This document shows, piece by piece, positions 53,235 to 62,783 of a stretch of DNA of 64,000 bases. The notes beneath the pieces were generated by a model. It was given only the letters and a program-made list of their open reading frames with translations. It was not told where the DNA came from and did no database searches. Position 1 is the first letter of the stretch. Each line of letters begins with the position of its first letter. The position numbers and the translations under genes are program-made. This DNA comes from Candidatus Sumerlaeia bacterium (lineage in GTDB: Bacteria > Sumerlaeota > Sumerlaeia > SLMS01 > JANRJK01): positions 80,987 to 144,986 of the forward strand of contig JANRJK010000031.1 of the NCBI GenBank assembly GCA_033764015.1, written 5' to 3'.

Positions 53235-54409
53235 GCGCGTGGGAGTTCCCCCTCACGGAGACGACCCTCGGCGAAGAGGAGCGCGAGGCCGCGCTGCGCG
53301 TGCTCGACCGCAAGTGGCTCTCCATGGGCCCGGAGGTCGAGGCCTTCGAACAGGAGTTCGCCGCCGCCACCGGCGCCCCGCACGCCGTCGCCGTGTCCAA
53401 CGGGACCGCCGCGCTCGAGCTCGCCTACCAGGCGGTCGGCCTGCGGTGCGGCGACCGGATCGCGCTGCCCGCGCTGACCTTCGTCGCGGCGCTGAACGCG
53501 GCGCTCCGGCTCGGCCTCGAACCGGTGCTGCTCGATATCGAATCGCCGCTCGACCTCACGCCGTCGAACGCGGCGCTGGAGCGCGCGCTCGCCCGCGCGC
53601 CGGGGCTCCGCGCCGTGGTGTCGATGCCCTACGGCGGCTGGGCGCCGCGCATGGCGGAGCTCGCGGACCTCCGCCGCGCGCACGGCCTCGCGCTCGTCGA
53701 GGACTCCTGCCACGCGGTGCTCGCCACGCTCGGCGGGCGTTCGCTCGGCACCTTCGGCGACGCGGGCACCTTCTCCTTCTTCCCCAACAAGAACATGACG
53801 ACGGGCGAGGGCGGCATGGTCGCGACGCCGCGCGCCGACGTGGCGGAGCGCCTGCGCCGCCTGCGCAGCCACGGCATGACCACGATGACCTGGGACCGCG
53901 AGCGCGGCCACGCGCACAGCTACGACGTGGTCGCCGCGGGGACCAACGCGCGCATGGACGAGATCCGCGCGGCGATCGGGCGCGCCCAGCTCGCGAAGCT
54001 CCCCGCCGCGAACGCCTCGCGCCGCGAATCCGCCGCGTGGCTCGCCCGCGGGCTCTCCGCGCGCACCGGCGGCGCGCTCGCCTTCCCGTTCCACGAAGGC
54101 CCGCCGCGCCCCGCGGACGAGACGCCGTCGGCGCACCTGCTGGTGGCGCTGCTGCCGGAGGGCCACGACCGGGCGCGCTTCCGCGAGGCGCTGGCGGAGC
54201 GCCGGGTCCAGTCCAGCATGCACTACCCGCCGCTCTACACGTTCACGCACGCGCGGGAGCTGCTCGCGGCCGAAGCGGCGCACTGCCCCGTGCTGGAGTC
54301 GGTGCGCGCGCGGCTGGTCACGCTGCCGCTGGCGCCGGGCTGGACGGAGCAGCGCCGCGAGCGGCTCGCGGAGCTGGTGGCGGACGCCTTCACGGCGTCC
54401 GCGCGGTAG
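53231..54409 (+). CDS. DegT/DnrJ/EryC1/StrS PLP-dependent aminotransferase
   Basis: AVSNGTAAL, EDSCHA, FSFFPNKNMTTGEGG; GTGA overlap with the upstream gene. Confidence 0.93.
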   Translation: MSAWEFPLTETTLGEEEREAALRVLDRKWLSMGPEVEAFEQEFAAATGAPHAVAVSNGTAALELAYQAVGLRCGDRIALPALTFVAALNAALRLGLEPVLLDIESPLDLTPSNAALERALARAPGLRAVVSMPYGGWAPRMAELADLRRAHGLALVEDSCHAVLATLGGRSLGTFGDAGTFSFFPNKNMTTGEGGMVATPRADVAERLRRLRSHGMTTMTWDRERGHAHSYDVVAAGTNARMDEIRAAIGRAQLAKLPAANASRRESAAWLARGLSARTGGALAFPFHEGPPRPADETPSAHLLVALLPEGHDRARFREALAERRVQSSMHYPPLYTFTHARELLAAEAAHCPVLESVRARLVTLPLAPGWTEQRRERLAELVADAFTASAR

Positions 54410-56570
54410 GGTCCTCGACCTCGAGCGGCTCGCCGACCGGAGTCGGCTCGGGGCGCGGCGCGGAATCGAAGACGATGGCGACGGGTCCCTCGAGGTTGCT
54501 GCGCACCTCGAACGCGGCGCGCTGCATCGTCTTGTTGCGGAGCATGAAGTAGCCGCCCGGCGCGAGCCGCAGCTCCGGCTGCGCCGCGTCGAGTTCGAGC
54601 ATCGTCCCGGGCGACCCGGTCCCCCCCCGCGACATCACCAGGAACGTCTCCTTGGCGCCGATCTCCGATCCGTCCGCCGCGGAGAGCGCGAAGGCGACGC
54701 GCTCGTGCGTGGTGCACGGGAGCGTGAGCGACACGGTCTCGCCGCTCTGCACCGTGACGAACCGCTCGCTGCGCGCGTCGCCGTCGGCGACCAGGCGCAC
54801 GCGCCCCGCGGGCACATGGTCGAAGCGGAACGATCCGTCGTAGGACGTGGTGGCGCCGCGCCGCTCGGGACGGGGGATCTGCGCGTCGAAGACGGCGAGG
54901 TTCACCACCAGCTCGACGCGGCGCCCCATGCACGCGATCCCGAGCGGGTCCCGCATGGTGCCCGTGACGGTCCCCGTGCCCCCGGCGGGGACGACCAGCA
55001 GCTCGGCGAGCGGCGCTTCGAACTGCGCGCTCGCGAGCACGCGCCCCGACTCCCTCTCGCGCGCGGTGAACTGGTACGACCGCCCCGCCTCGAGGTTGAA
55101 GAGGTCGAAGACGCCGAGGTCGCTCGCGGTGGCGCGGGGCGCCGGGATGCCCTCCAGGTCCGCCGCGTCGAAGCCGCGCCGCGCGGCGTCGGGGCCGAGA
55201 TCCTCGAGGAGCAGTTCGATGCGCTCCGGCGGCGGGACGTTTCCCGCGAGCCGCCCGCGGCCGGCGGTGAGCAGCGAGGCGCGCGCGATCGTCGAATCGT
55301 GCCGCGCGCCGGGCGCGAGGTCGATCTCCGCGCGCGCCACCGCGGGGCCCGCGCTGGTGGACATCGCGGCGACCAGCCGCCAGCGGCCCGGATGCACCCC
55401 GCCGACGCTGTGCGCGCTGTCCGCGGACCCGGCGACCTCGAGGGGCTCCGCGCCCTCGCGCAGCAGGTACGCCACAGCCGGGCGGTCCGCGGCGGGCTCG
55501 GCGCCCTCCGGCGGGCGGATGATGAAGCCGATCTCGCCGACACGCTGCAGCGTCGCGGCCAGCGTCGCGCCGGGCACCGGCACCGCGACTTGGCGGAACT
55601 CGGCGTGCGCCCCCGTCTCGACCCGCACCTCGTAGGCGCCCCGCGACAGGCCGCGCAGCAGCGCCACGCCTTCGCCATCGCTCTTCGCGGTGCGCGTACC
55701 CGGCCCCTGCGCGACCACCTCCGCGCCCGCGACCGGCGCGCCCAGGTCGTCGCGCAGCTCGACGCGGAGCGTTTCGCCGCGCTGCAACACGAGCGTCATC
55801 TCGCCGCGTTCCTGCGCCTTGTAGTTGACCATCTGGAACATGAGCGCCGGCGAGGGCAGGTAGTCCTCGGTCTCCGGCCCGGGCGCGGCGAAGATCTCGA
55901 TGCGGGGCGCCGCGGGGAGGCGCAGCTCGTACGCGCCCCGCTCGTCGGAGAGCACGGGCGGCGTCTCGGCGCGGACCTCGCCGGAGCCGTCGATCCCCTC
56001 GAGCGTCCGCCGCGCGCGCACGGGGATCCCCGCGAGCGGCTCGCCCGCCGTCGTCAGCACGCGCCCGCGCACGGCGACCGTCTCCGCGCCGGCGAAGGAC
56101 GCCTCGATGCGCGTCGCGCCGGCGGGAACCTCGACCAGCGTGGCTGGAAGCACCGGCCTGCCGTCCGCCAGCGAGGCCACGACGACGCGCGACGGCGCGG
56201 GAACGAGTCGCTCGTAGCGGCCCTGCGCCGGCGCCGCGGTCTCCTCGAGGACGACCGTCCCGTCCTCGAGCCGCGCGCGCAGGAACACGCTTTCGGCGTT
56301 CGCGACCGCGAGCGAAAGCATCGCCTGCGACGCGGCGGGTTCCGGGCTCGGAGCGGGCGTCGGGGCGGCGGCCTCCGCGGCGGGGGTGGCCGCCGCGGCC
56401 GGTGCGGGCGCGGGGCTCGGGGCGGGGGAGGGCGCCGCGGCCACCGCCGTCGTCGTGGAAGTGGTGGCGGGTTGGCGCAGGACGAGCACCGCGACCGTCA
56501 GCGCGAGGAGCCCCGAGAGGGCGAAGGCGAAGATCGTCAGCCGGTTCGACTGGGGCGTTTGGGCTGGCAT
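54390..56570 (-). CDS. Membrane-anchored protein with carboxypeptidase-regulatory-like (Cna-B/beta-sandwich) repeats
   Basis: N-terminal TM, Pro/Ala linker, repeats such as GRVL..AGEPLAG..V, SDERGAY and DGSFRFDHVPAG. Confidence 0.75.
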   Translation of the reverse strand: MPAQTPQSNRLTIFAFALSGLLALTVAVLVLRQPATTSTTTAVAAAPSPAPSPAPAPAAAATPAAEAAAPTPAPSPEPAASQAMLSLAVANAESVFLRARLEDGTVVLEETAAPAQGRYERLVPAPSRVVVASLADGRPVLPATLVEVPAGATRIEASFAGAETVAVRGRVLTTAGEPLAGIPVRARRTLEGIDGSGEVRAETPPVLSDERGAYELRLPAAPRIEIFAAPGPETEDYLPSPALMFQMVNYKAQERGEMTLVLQRGETLRVELRDDLGAPVAGAEVVAQGPGTRTAKSDGEGVALLRGLSRGAYEVRVETGAHAEFRQVAVPVPGATLAATLQRVGEIGFIIRPPEGAEPAADRPAVAYLLREGAEPLEVAGSADSAHSVGGVHPGRWRLVAAMSTSAGPAVARAEIDLAPGARHDSTIARASLLTAGRGRLAGNVPPPERIELLLEDLGPDAARRGFDAADLEGIPAPRATASDLGVFDLFNLEAGRSYQFTARERESGRVLASAQFEAPLAELLVVPAGGTGTVTGTMRDPLGIACMGRRVELVVNLAVFDAQIPRPERRGATTSYDGSFRFDHVPAGRVRLVADGDARSERFVTVQSGETVSLTLPCTTHERVAFALSAADGSEIGAKETFLVMSRGGTGSPGTMLELDAAQPELRLAPGGYFMLRNKTMQRAAFEVRSNLEGPVAIVFDSAPRPEPTPVGEPLEVEDPTARTP

Positions 56571-56597
56571 GGCGGCCTCGCTGCGGTGGGGGTGCGG

Positions 56598-57365
56598 TCA
56601 GCCGATGCGGCGCCCGCCGTCCACGGGGATCGTCGCGCCGGTGATGAAGTCCGATGTGAGCAGGAAGACCACGGCGGATGCAACGTCGTCCGGCGCGCCC
56701 CAGCGCGCGAGCGGCGTGCGCTCGAGGATGCGCGCGCGCGCGGCGTCCGTCAGGTCCGGCGGCTCGAGCACCGCGCCCGGCGCGACCGCGTTCACGCGGA
56801 TGCCCGGCGCGAGTTCCCGCGCGAGGGAGCGCGTGAGCGCCTCGAGGCCGCCCTTCGCCGCGATGTAGGCCGCGTAGCCGCGGTACGCGCGCTCCGCCGC
56901 CCAGTCGCCGATGTTCACGATATGCCCCGCGGGCGCCCGGCGAAGCAGCGGCAGCGCCGCAGCCACGCAGCGGTAGGGCCCGACGAGGTTCTCGTCCAGG
57001 ATCCGCGCGAACCGGTCGCCGTCCAGCGTGTCGAGCGGCGTGCGCTCGAAGGTGGACGCGTTGTTCACCAGCGCGTCGAGCCTGCCGAAGCGGGCCTCGA
57101 TCTCCGCGGCGATGCGGGGCGGGGCGGCGGGGTCGCAGTGGTCGCCCCGCACGACGAGGGCGCGGACGCCGAGCTCCTCCGCCTCCGCGGCGGTGGCGAT
57201 CGCGTCGGCCTCCGACTCGCGGTAGTGAACCACCACGTCGGCGCCGGCGCGGGCGCAGGCCAGCGCGATCGCGCGGCCCACCCGCCGCGCCGAGCCGGTG
57301 GTCCAAACGACGCGCCCCGCGAGCGGTCCCGGGGCGGAGCGTGGGGGAAAATTCCGAGCGGCCAT
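56598..57365 (-). CDS. SDR oxidoreductase (pteridine reductase/FolM-like)
   Basis: TGSARRVGRAIA, VNNAS, YIAAK (YxxxK), VNAVAPG, VDGG. Confidence 0.88.
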   Translation of the reverse strand: MAARNFPPRSAPGPLAGRVVWTTGSARRVGRAIALACARAGADVVVHYRESEADAIATAAEAEELGVRALVVRGDHCDPAAPPRIAAEIEARFGRLDALVNNASTFERTPLDTLDGDRFARILDENLVGPYRCVAAALPLLRRAPAGHIVNIGDWAAERAYRGYAAYIAAKGGLEALTRSLARELAPGIRVNAVAPGAVLEPPDLTDAARARILERTPLARWGAPDDVASAVVFLLTSDFITGATIPVDGGRRIG

Positions 57366-57515
57366 TTCGCTATTGTCATCCACGCCGCGGTTGGGTGGCA
57401 ATAATCCGTCGAAGGTTGGTCCGAAAACCGGGACCGTCGCCGGAACCGCTCGCGGAGCCGGTTGAGTCCCCGCAACGGACTTGCCCCGAACGCGCCGCTG
57501 AAAACCCTGAGACGC

Positions 57516-58778
57516 ATGGCCGACACGATTTCCGATTCCGCGCCTCCACACCCTCCTCGCCGGGTCCACCAGGTGAAGCCGCTTCGCCCCGATGATCCGC
57601 GCACGGAGTCGATGAAGCGTTTCTTCCGCGCTCACAACTACGACCTGCTGGGCGAGCTGGGCCGCGGCGGCATGGGCATCGTCTACCTGGCGCAGGACAT
57701 CAAGCTGGGGCGCCGCGTCGCCCTGAAGACGCTATCGCCCGAGCGCAAGTCGAAGCAGAACAGCCTCCTGCGCTTCGAGCGCGAGGCGCGCACGTTCGCC
57801 GCCATCCGCCATCCGCACATCGCGAACCTCTACGAATTCAGCGACGAGGGCGACTACCAGTTCCTCGCGCTGGAGTACATCGAGGGCACCGACCTCGAGA
57901 CGGAGCGCCGCACGCGCCGCAAGTATTCGCCGCTCGAAACGGCGATCATGATCCGCAACCTCGCCGACGCGCTGGACCACACGCACGGCCTGGGCATCAT
58001 GCACCGCGACATCAAGCCCGGCAACATCCTGATCGAGCACAAGACGAACCGGGTGGTGCTGACGGACTTCGGCCTCGCCAAGAGCAACAACGACATCACG
58101 CTCACGGCCTCCGGCTACGCGGTTGGGACCCCCGCCTACATGGCGCCGGAGCAGATCAGCGACCAGTTCGGCTCGAAGCCCGACGGGCGCGCCGACCTCT
58201 TCTCGCTCGGCACCGTCGCCTACGAGATGCTCACCGGGAAGCACCCCTTCCTCGGCTCCGACGATATGGCCACCATGCGCGCCATCGTGCAGCGCCAGCC
58301 GCAGCCGATGCAGGAGCTCGAACCCTCGATCCCGCACGAGCTGGACCGCGTCATCACGCAGATGCTCGAGAAGAACCCGTCGCGGCGCCCCGCGAACGGC
58401 AAGGTCGTGGTCGAGCTGATGCAGGCGATCATCGCCGGCGGCTCGGGCAGCAGCCCCGCCTCGCGCATGCCCTCCAGCAGCCCCGTCACGCCGGGGCTCC
58501 CCGCGCAGGTGTCGCCGATCCAGACTCCGGTGGTCGGCGCGTCGCTCATCGGCGGCCAGACCACGATCCCCGCCACGGCGGCGCCCGCCGCGCAGGCTCC
58601 CGGCGCCGCCCCGTCCCCCGTCGCCACCCCCGCTCCCCAGACCGGGCCGCAGCAGCCCCCCTCGCCTTCCGGGCGCATGGGCGGGTTCAGCACCAAGGAA
58701 GTCGTGCTGCTCTGCGTCATGATGCTCGGGCTCGGCGTGATCATCACCGCGATCGTGTTCATCATGTTCACGGGCTGA
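57516..58778 (+). CDS. Hanks-type Ser/Thr protein kinase with C-terminal TM helix
   Basis: LGRGGMGIVY, VALK, HRDIKPGNIL, DFG, GTPAYMAPEQ, DLFSLG. Confidence 0.95.
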   Translation: MADTISDSAPPHPPRRVHQVKPLRPDDPRTESMKRFFRAHNYDLLGELGRGGMGIVYLAQDIKLGRRVALKTLSPERKSKQNSLLRFEREARTFAAIRHPHIANLYEFSDEGDYQFLALEYIEGTDLETERRTRRKYSPLETAIMIRNLADALDHTHGLGIMHRDIKPGNILIEHKTNRVVLTDFGLAKSNNDITLTASGYAVGTPAYMAPEQISDQFGSKPDGRADLFSLGTVAYEMLTGKHPFLGSDDMATMRAIVQRQPQPMQELEPSIPHELDRVITQMLEKNPSRRPANGKVVVELMQAIIAGGSGSSPASRMPSSSPVTPGLPAQVSPIQTPVVGASLIGGQTTIPATAAPAAQAPGAAPSPVATPAPQTGPQQPPSPSGRMGGFSTKEVVLLCVMMLGLGVIITAIVFIMFTG

Positions 58779-58794
58779 CCAGCCCCCCCGCGCC

Positions 58795-59916
58795 GTGCGC
58801 CTCGTCGTCCTCAGCCATCTGTCGTGGAACCCGCGGCTCTTCCAGCGTCCGCAGCAGCTCGCGCTGCGCTTCGCCCGCCTCGGCGACCGCGTCCGCTACC
58901 TCTCCGTCGAGGGCTTCCGCACCTACATCGAAACCGACCTGCGCGACCGCGTGCACCTGCCGCACGAGCGGCTGGCGGCGCGGATGCTGCCGCAGTTCCC
59001 CGGGAGCTGGCGCTTCCGCGCCGCCCGCGCGCTCACGGACGGGCTGCTCGCCACGCAGGCCCGGACCGCCTTCGCCGCCGCGCCGGACGCGGGCCCGCGC
59101 GTGCTCTGGCTCCAGCACCCGCGCTTCCTTCCCGCCGCGGAGCGCGTCGCCCACGACCTCCTCGTCTACGACTGCATGGACCCGCACGGCGCGTTCGCGA
59201 ACCGCGACCCGCTCGCGGCGGAGTTCGAGGAGCGGCTGCTGCGCCGCCCAGGGCTGCTGCTCTTCGCCGGCGGGGAAAGCCTCGCCGCTTCGCTCCGCGG
59301 ACGCGGCGCCGAACCCCGCTGCCTGCCGAGCGGCATCGACTTCGACCACTTCGCCGCGGCGGCGGGGCCCGGCCCCGTGCCGGAGGAACTCGCCGCGCTC
59401 CCCGCCCCGCGCCTCGGCTACTTCGGCGCCCTCGACGAGCGCATCGACTGGGCGCTGCTCGACGCCGTGGCCGAGGCGCGCCCGCACTGGAGCATCGTGC
59501 TGCTGGGGCCGCTGCTCGGCCTCGACCGCGTCCCCGCGCGGGCGCGCAACATCCACCACCCCGGCGCCGTCCCCTACGCCCGCCTCCCGGAGCACCTCCG
59601 CGCCTTCGACGTGGCGCTGATCCCCTGGAAGGTCGACGCGCTGACGCGCTTCATGAGCCCGACGAAGACGCCGGAGTACCTCGCCGGCGGCCGCCCCGTG
59701 GTCTCCACGCCGATTCCCGACGTGGCCGCCCTGGGCGACGAGGCGGTCTTCCTCGCCGACGGCCCCGAGGCGTTCCTCGACGCCTGCACGAAGGCGCTCC
59801 TGCGCAAGCCCGGCCCGCCCCGCCGCCCCGCGTCCGTCCGCACCTGGGACGAGACCGCCGCGGAGATGCGGGCGGAAATCAACGCCCGAACCCACGAAGG
59901 CGACCCATCCCCATGA
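58795..59916 (+). CDS. GT-B glycosyltransferase (TuaH-like/GT4)
   Basis: FQRPQQL, YDCMD, GIDFDHF, GYFGALDERID, SPTKTPEYLAGGRPVVST. Confidence 0.88.
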   Translation: MRLVVLSHLSWNPRLFQRPQQLALRFARLGDRVRYLSVEGFRTYIETDLRDRVHLPHERLAARMLPQFPGSWRFRAARALTDGLLATQARTAFAAAPDAGPRVLWLQHPRFLPAAERVAHDLLVYDCMDPHGAFANRDPLAAEFEERLLRRPGLLLFAGGESLAASLRGRGAEPRCLPSGIDFDHFAAAAGPGPVPEELAALPAPRLGYFGALDERIDWALLDAVAEARPHWSIVLLGPLLGLDRVPARARNIHHPGAVPYARLPEHLRAFDVALIPWKVDALTRFMSPTKTPEYLAGGRPVVSTPIPDVAALGDEAVFLADGPEAFLDACTKALLRKPGPPRRPASVRTWDETAAEMRAEINARTHEGDPSP

Positions 59917-61979
59917 GCCAGCCCGAAGCCCAAGCGCCTCCCGCCGCGCGCACAGCCTCCCTCGCGGCTCTCCCGGCGATCCTCGCCCTCGCCACCGCGC
60001 TCATCTGGTGGCGCGTTCCGATGGAGCGCGGCGTGTGGTTCGACGACCTCTTCACGATGCGCGCCGCGCTCGTGCCCTGGGAGGGGTTCGAAGGTGCGAT
60101 GCGCTACGAGATCATGACGCCGCTCTACCACATGGTGCTGCGCGGCTACTTCGCGGTGCTCGCGGCGCTGGGCGTCGAGACCTCGGTCTTCGCGGCCCGG
60201 CTGCTGGGGCTCGCCCTGCACCTCGGCGCGGTGTCGGTCCTCTGGTTCCTGCTGCGGCGCGCGTTCGGCGCGCGGCTCGGCGGGCTGATGACGCTCCTGT
60301 TCGCGGTCTCGCAGCAGTCGCTCGACACGCTGCTGAACGTGCGCGGCTACGCGCTCGGGGTGCCGGCGATGGCGGTGGCGACGGGGTGCTGGATGGCGGC
60401 GCTGCTGGCGGAGCCGCTCGCGGACGCCGCGGCGGAACGCTCCCGCCAGAAGCGGCTCTGGACCGCCTACGGCCTGCTGGCCGCGGTCGCGCTCTGGTGC
60501 CATCCGATCTCGGGGGCGATCCTCGCGCTGCTGGCGGCGGGCTGGTTCGCGCTCGCCTGGCCGGAGCGCGCCCGGCGCCCCGGCGCGCTCCCCTTCGCCT
60601 TCGCCGCGCAGGCGCTCGCCGCCGGCTCCGCGCTCCCGTGGGTCGCGTGGGAGTCGCTGAACGCGCTCCGGCGGGCGGCGGCGCTCGCCGGCGATTGGCG
60701 CTGGGATCCAAGCGCGGGCGGCGTGATCCAGACCTTGTTCGAGTACTACATCTACGGCCAGATGCCGCGGGAGGACTTCACGGGCGGGCTGTACTACGCG
60801 CTGGGCGTGGCGGTGTTCGCGCTGCCCGCGGGCGCGGCGGCGGTGGCCGCCTTCGAGCGCCGCTCCGGCCCCCCGCCGGGGCGCGCCGCCGCGGGCTTCG
60901 CCTTCCTCTGCGCCGCGGCGCTCGCAAACGCGTCGATCCTCGCGCTCGTCGACGCGCTCGGCATCGCGGGCACCTACCACCCGCCGCGGTACCCCGTGTT
61001 CGCGTCGCCCGCGTGGCTCTTCGGGATCGCGGGGCTGGCGCACTGGGCCGCCAAGCGCGCCGGCGCGCGGCTCCCCTGGGAGTACCTCGTCGCGCTGCTC
61101 CTCCTCGCCGCCGCGCCCGACGCGAACAACCGCCGCGACCACGTCCCCTCCAAGATCGGCATCGCCACTTGGAGCGAGGGGAAGCCCGGCCTCTTTCCGC
61201 CGCCGGGGGCGCCGCTCTTCCTGCGCGACACCGAGATGGCCAAGATGCTCCCGCGGTTCTACGCGCGTTGGGAGCCGAGGCCCATCGCCGCGCTCTCCGG
61301 CCTGCCCGACTCCGAGGTAGACGCCACGATCCTCCAGCTCGACACCTTTCGCGAGCGCGAGCGCGACATCGAGGCGTTCTTCTTCCTCCTGCGCCGCGGC
61401 GTCTTCGCCGAGTCGCTCGAGAAGCACGAGGCGAACGAGTGCGCCTACCGGCTGCGCGGCGTCCGCCACGAGCGGCTCCGCGGCTGGTTCGCCGAGCCGC
61501 GCGCCTGGTGGCCCAAGTCCCCCGTGCCCGCCAGCGCCGTCTCCCGCGCGATGCCCCACGACATGCTCGCGCGCCGCGGCTGGGCCGTGCCGGCGGTCGA
61601 GGAGGACTCGACCGTCCGCGTGTGGACCTCATCGACGCTGGTTTCGATACCGTTCGACACGCCGCTTCCCCCGGGGCGCTGGGTGGCGGGCATCCGCGGG
61701 GAACGGTGGGCGCGGCCCGAGCCCGCCACGGAGGTGCTCGTGCGGGTCTACCTCGGCGAGGGCGTCACGGAGCAGCGGATGATGCTGCCGGAGGGCGACT
61801 TCCTGATCCCGCTCCCCCTCGAGGTGGCCGGCGAGCCGGTGGAACTCCGCGTCGAGGTGGCCCATGCGCTGTGGCGCGACGGGGACAAGCCGCGCGAGGA
61901 CGGAACCTGGCAGGGCTTCGGCTGGCTCTTCCACGGCGCCTGGGTGTCGCCCGCGCCGGAGCCGCCGCCGGTCCCGTAG
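59913..61979 (+). CDS. Multipass membrane GT-C-type glycosyltransferase (ArnT/PMT-like) with soluble C-terminal domain
   Basis: W.DD after the first TM, PLYHMVL, VRGYAL, many TM helices; ATGA overlap. Confidence 0.72.
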   Translation: MSQPEAQAPPAARTASLAALPAILALATALIWWRVPMERGVWFDDLFTMRAALVPWEGFEGAMRYEIMTPLYHMVLRGYFAVLAALGVETSVFAARLLGLALHLGAVSVLWFLLRRAFGARLGGLMTLLFAVSQQSLDTLLNVRGYALGVPAMAVATGCWMAALLAEPLADAAAERSRQKRLWTAYGLLAAVALWCHPISGAILALLAAGWFALAWPERARRPGALPFAFAAQALAAGSALPWVAWESLNALRRAAALAGDWRWDPSAGGVIQTLFEYYIYGQMPREDFTGGLYYALGVAVFALPAGAAAVAAFERRSGPPPGRAAAGFAFLCAAALANASILALVDALGIAGTYHPPRYPVFASPAWLFGIAGLAHWAAKRAGARLPWEYLVALLLLAAAPDANNRRDHVPSKIGIATWSEGKPGLFPPPGAPLFLRDTEMAKMLPRFYARWEPRPIAALSGLPDSEVDATILQLDTFRERERDIEAFFFLLRRGVFAESLEKHEANECAYRLRGVRHERLRGWFAEPRAWWPKSPVPASAVSRAMPHDMLARRGWAVPAVEEDSTVRVWTSSTLVSIPFDTPLPPGRWVAGIRGERWARPEPATEVLVRVYLGEGVTEQRMMLPEGDFLIPLPLEVAGEPVELRVEVAHALWRDGDKPREDGTWQGFGWLFHGAWVSPAPEPPPVP

Positions 61980-61994
61980 GCGCCGCCGGATCGT

Positions 61995-62723
61995 TCAGGG
62001 GGCCCGGGCCCGCTTGATCAGCGTCGCGAGCTCGCCTTCGATCATCGAGGCCCACGTCTTGTCCGCTTGGGTTTGCTGGAGGCGCGCCATGGCCGATTCG
62101 AAGAGCGGCGCATCCACCGCCGGATCGCCGACCGCCGCCAGCTCCACAGCCGCCCTCCATGCGAGGAAGCCGTCGCCCCCCGCGAGGAACCGGCGCAGCA
62201 GCGGCAGGTCGCCGGTCCTGCCCGCATCGACCACCGTCCGGCGGGCGAGGGCCGTACCCGGCCACCGCTCCGCCCAATCGAACGCGTCGCGCGCGAGGCC
62301 GTCGCGGGTGCTGGTGTAGGCCGTCGCCACGAGCGCGGCCACCGCCACCGCGGTGCCCGCCCGGAACACCGCGGAGTGGACGCGCCCGAGCGTGCCGCGG
62401 ACGCGCCAAGTGTCCCACGCCGCCCGGGCGCACACCAACAGCAGCAGCAGCGGCACCAGCGGGCCGAGCATCATCCCCGACACCACCAGACCGCCGGCCG
62501 CGACCCAGAAGATCCCGGACGGGGTGAAGATCGACGCGAACACGCTTCCGCTCCGCGGGCGCAGCAGCCAGCCGAGGAGCAGGTAGTAGGCGGTGCCGAT
62601 GAGGGCCCAGGGGACCGCCGGGTGGAACAACCGTTCCGCCTCGGCGCTAGCGCAGACGGAGCAGGCCCCGGCGCAACCGGGCGCCATGATCAGAAGATGC
62701 GCGACGGCGGTTCTGCGGTTCAT
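61995..62723 (-). CDS. Hypothetical membrane protein with C-terminal HEAT-like helices
   Basis: Several TM segments; Cys-rich N-terminus (CAGACSVC). Confidence 0.6.
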   Translation of the reverse strand: MNRRTAVAHLLIMAPGCAGACSVCASAEAERLFHPAVPWALIGTAYYLLLGWLLRPRSGSVFASIFTPSGIFWVAAGGLVVSGMMLGPLVPLLLLLVCARAAWDTWRVRGTLGRVHSAVFRAGTAVAVAALVATAYTSTRDGLARDAFDWAERWPGTALARRTVVDAGRTGDLPLLRRFLAGGDGFLAWRAAVELAAVGDPAVDAPLFESAMARLQQTQADKTWASMIEGELATLIKRARAP

Positions 62724-62783
62724 CCCCCGATCACCCGGGAGCAACGTAGCCCGCGCCCCGTCCGCGTCAACCGGAACGCCCGC

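Noticed and set aside
50456..56570. Intact prophage around terL
   Set aside because: No portal, capsid, tail, lysis, integrase or att sites were recognised; the neighbours are cellular genes.
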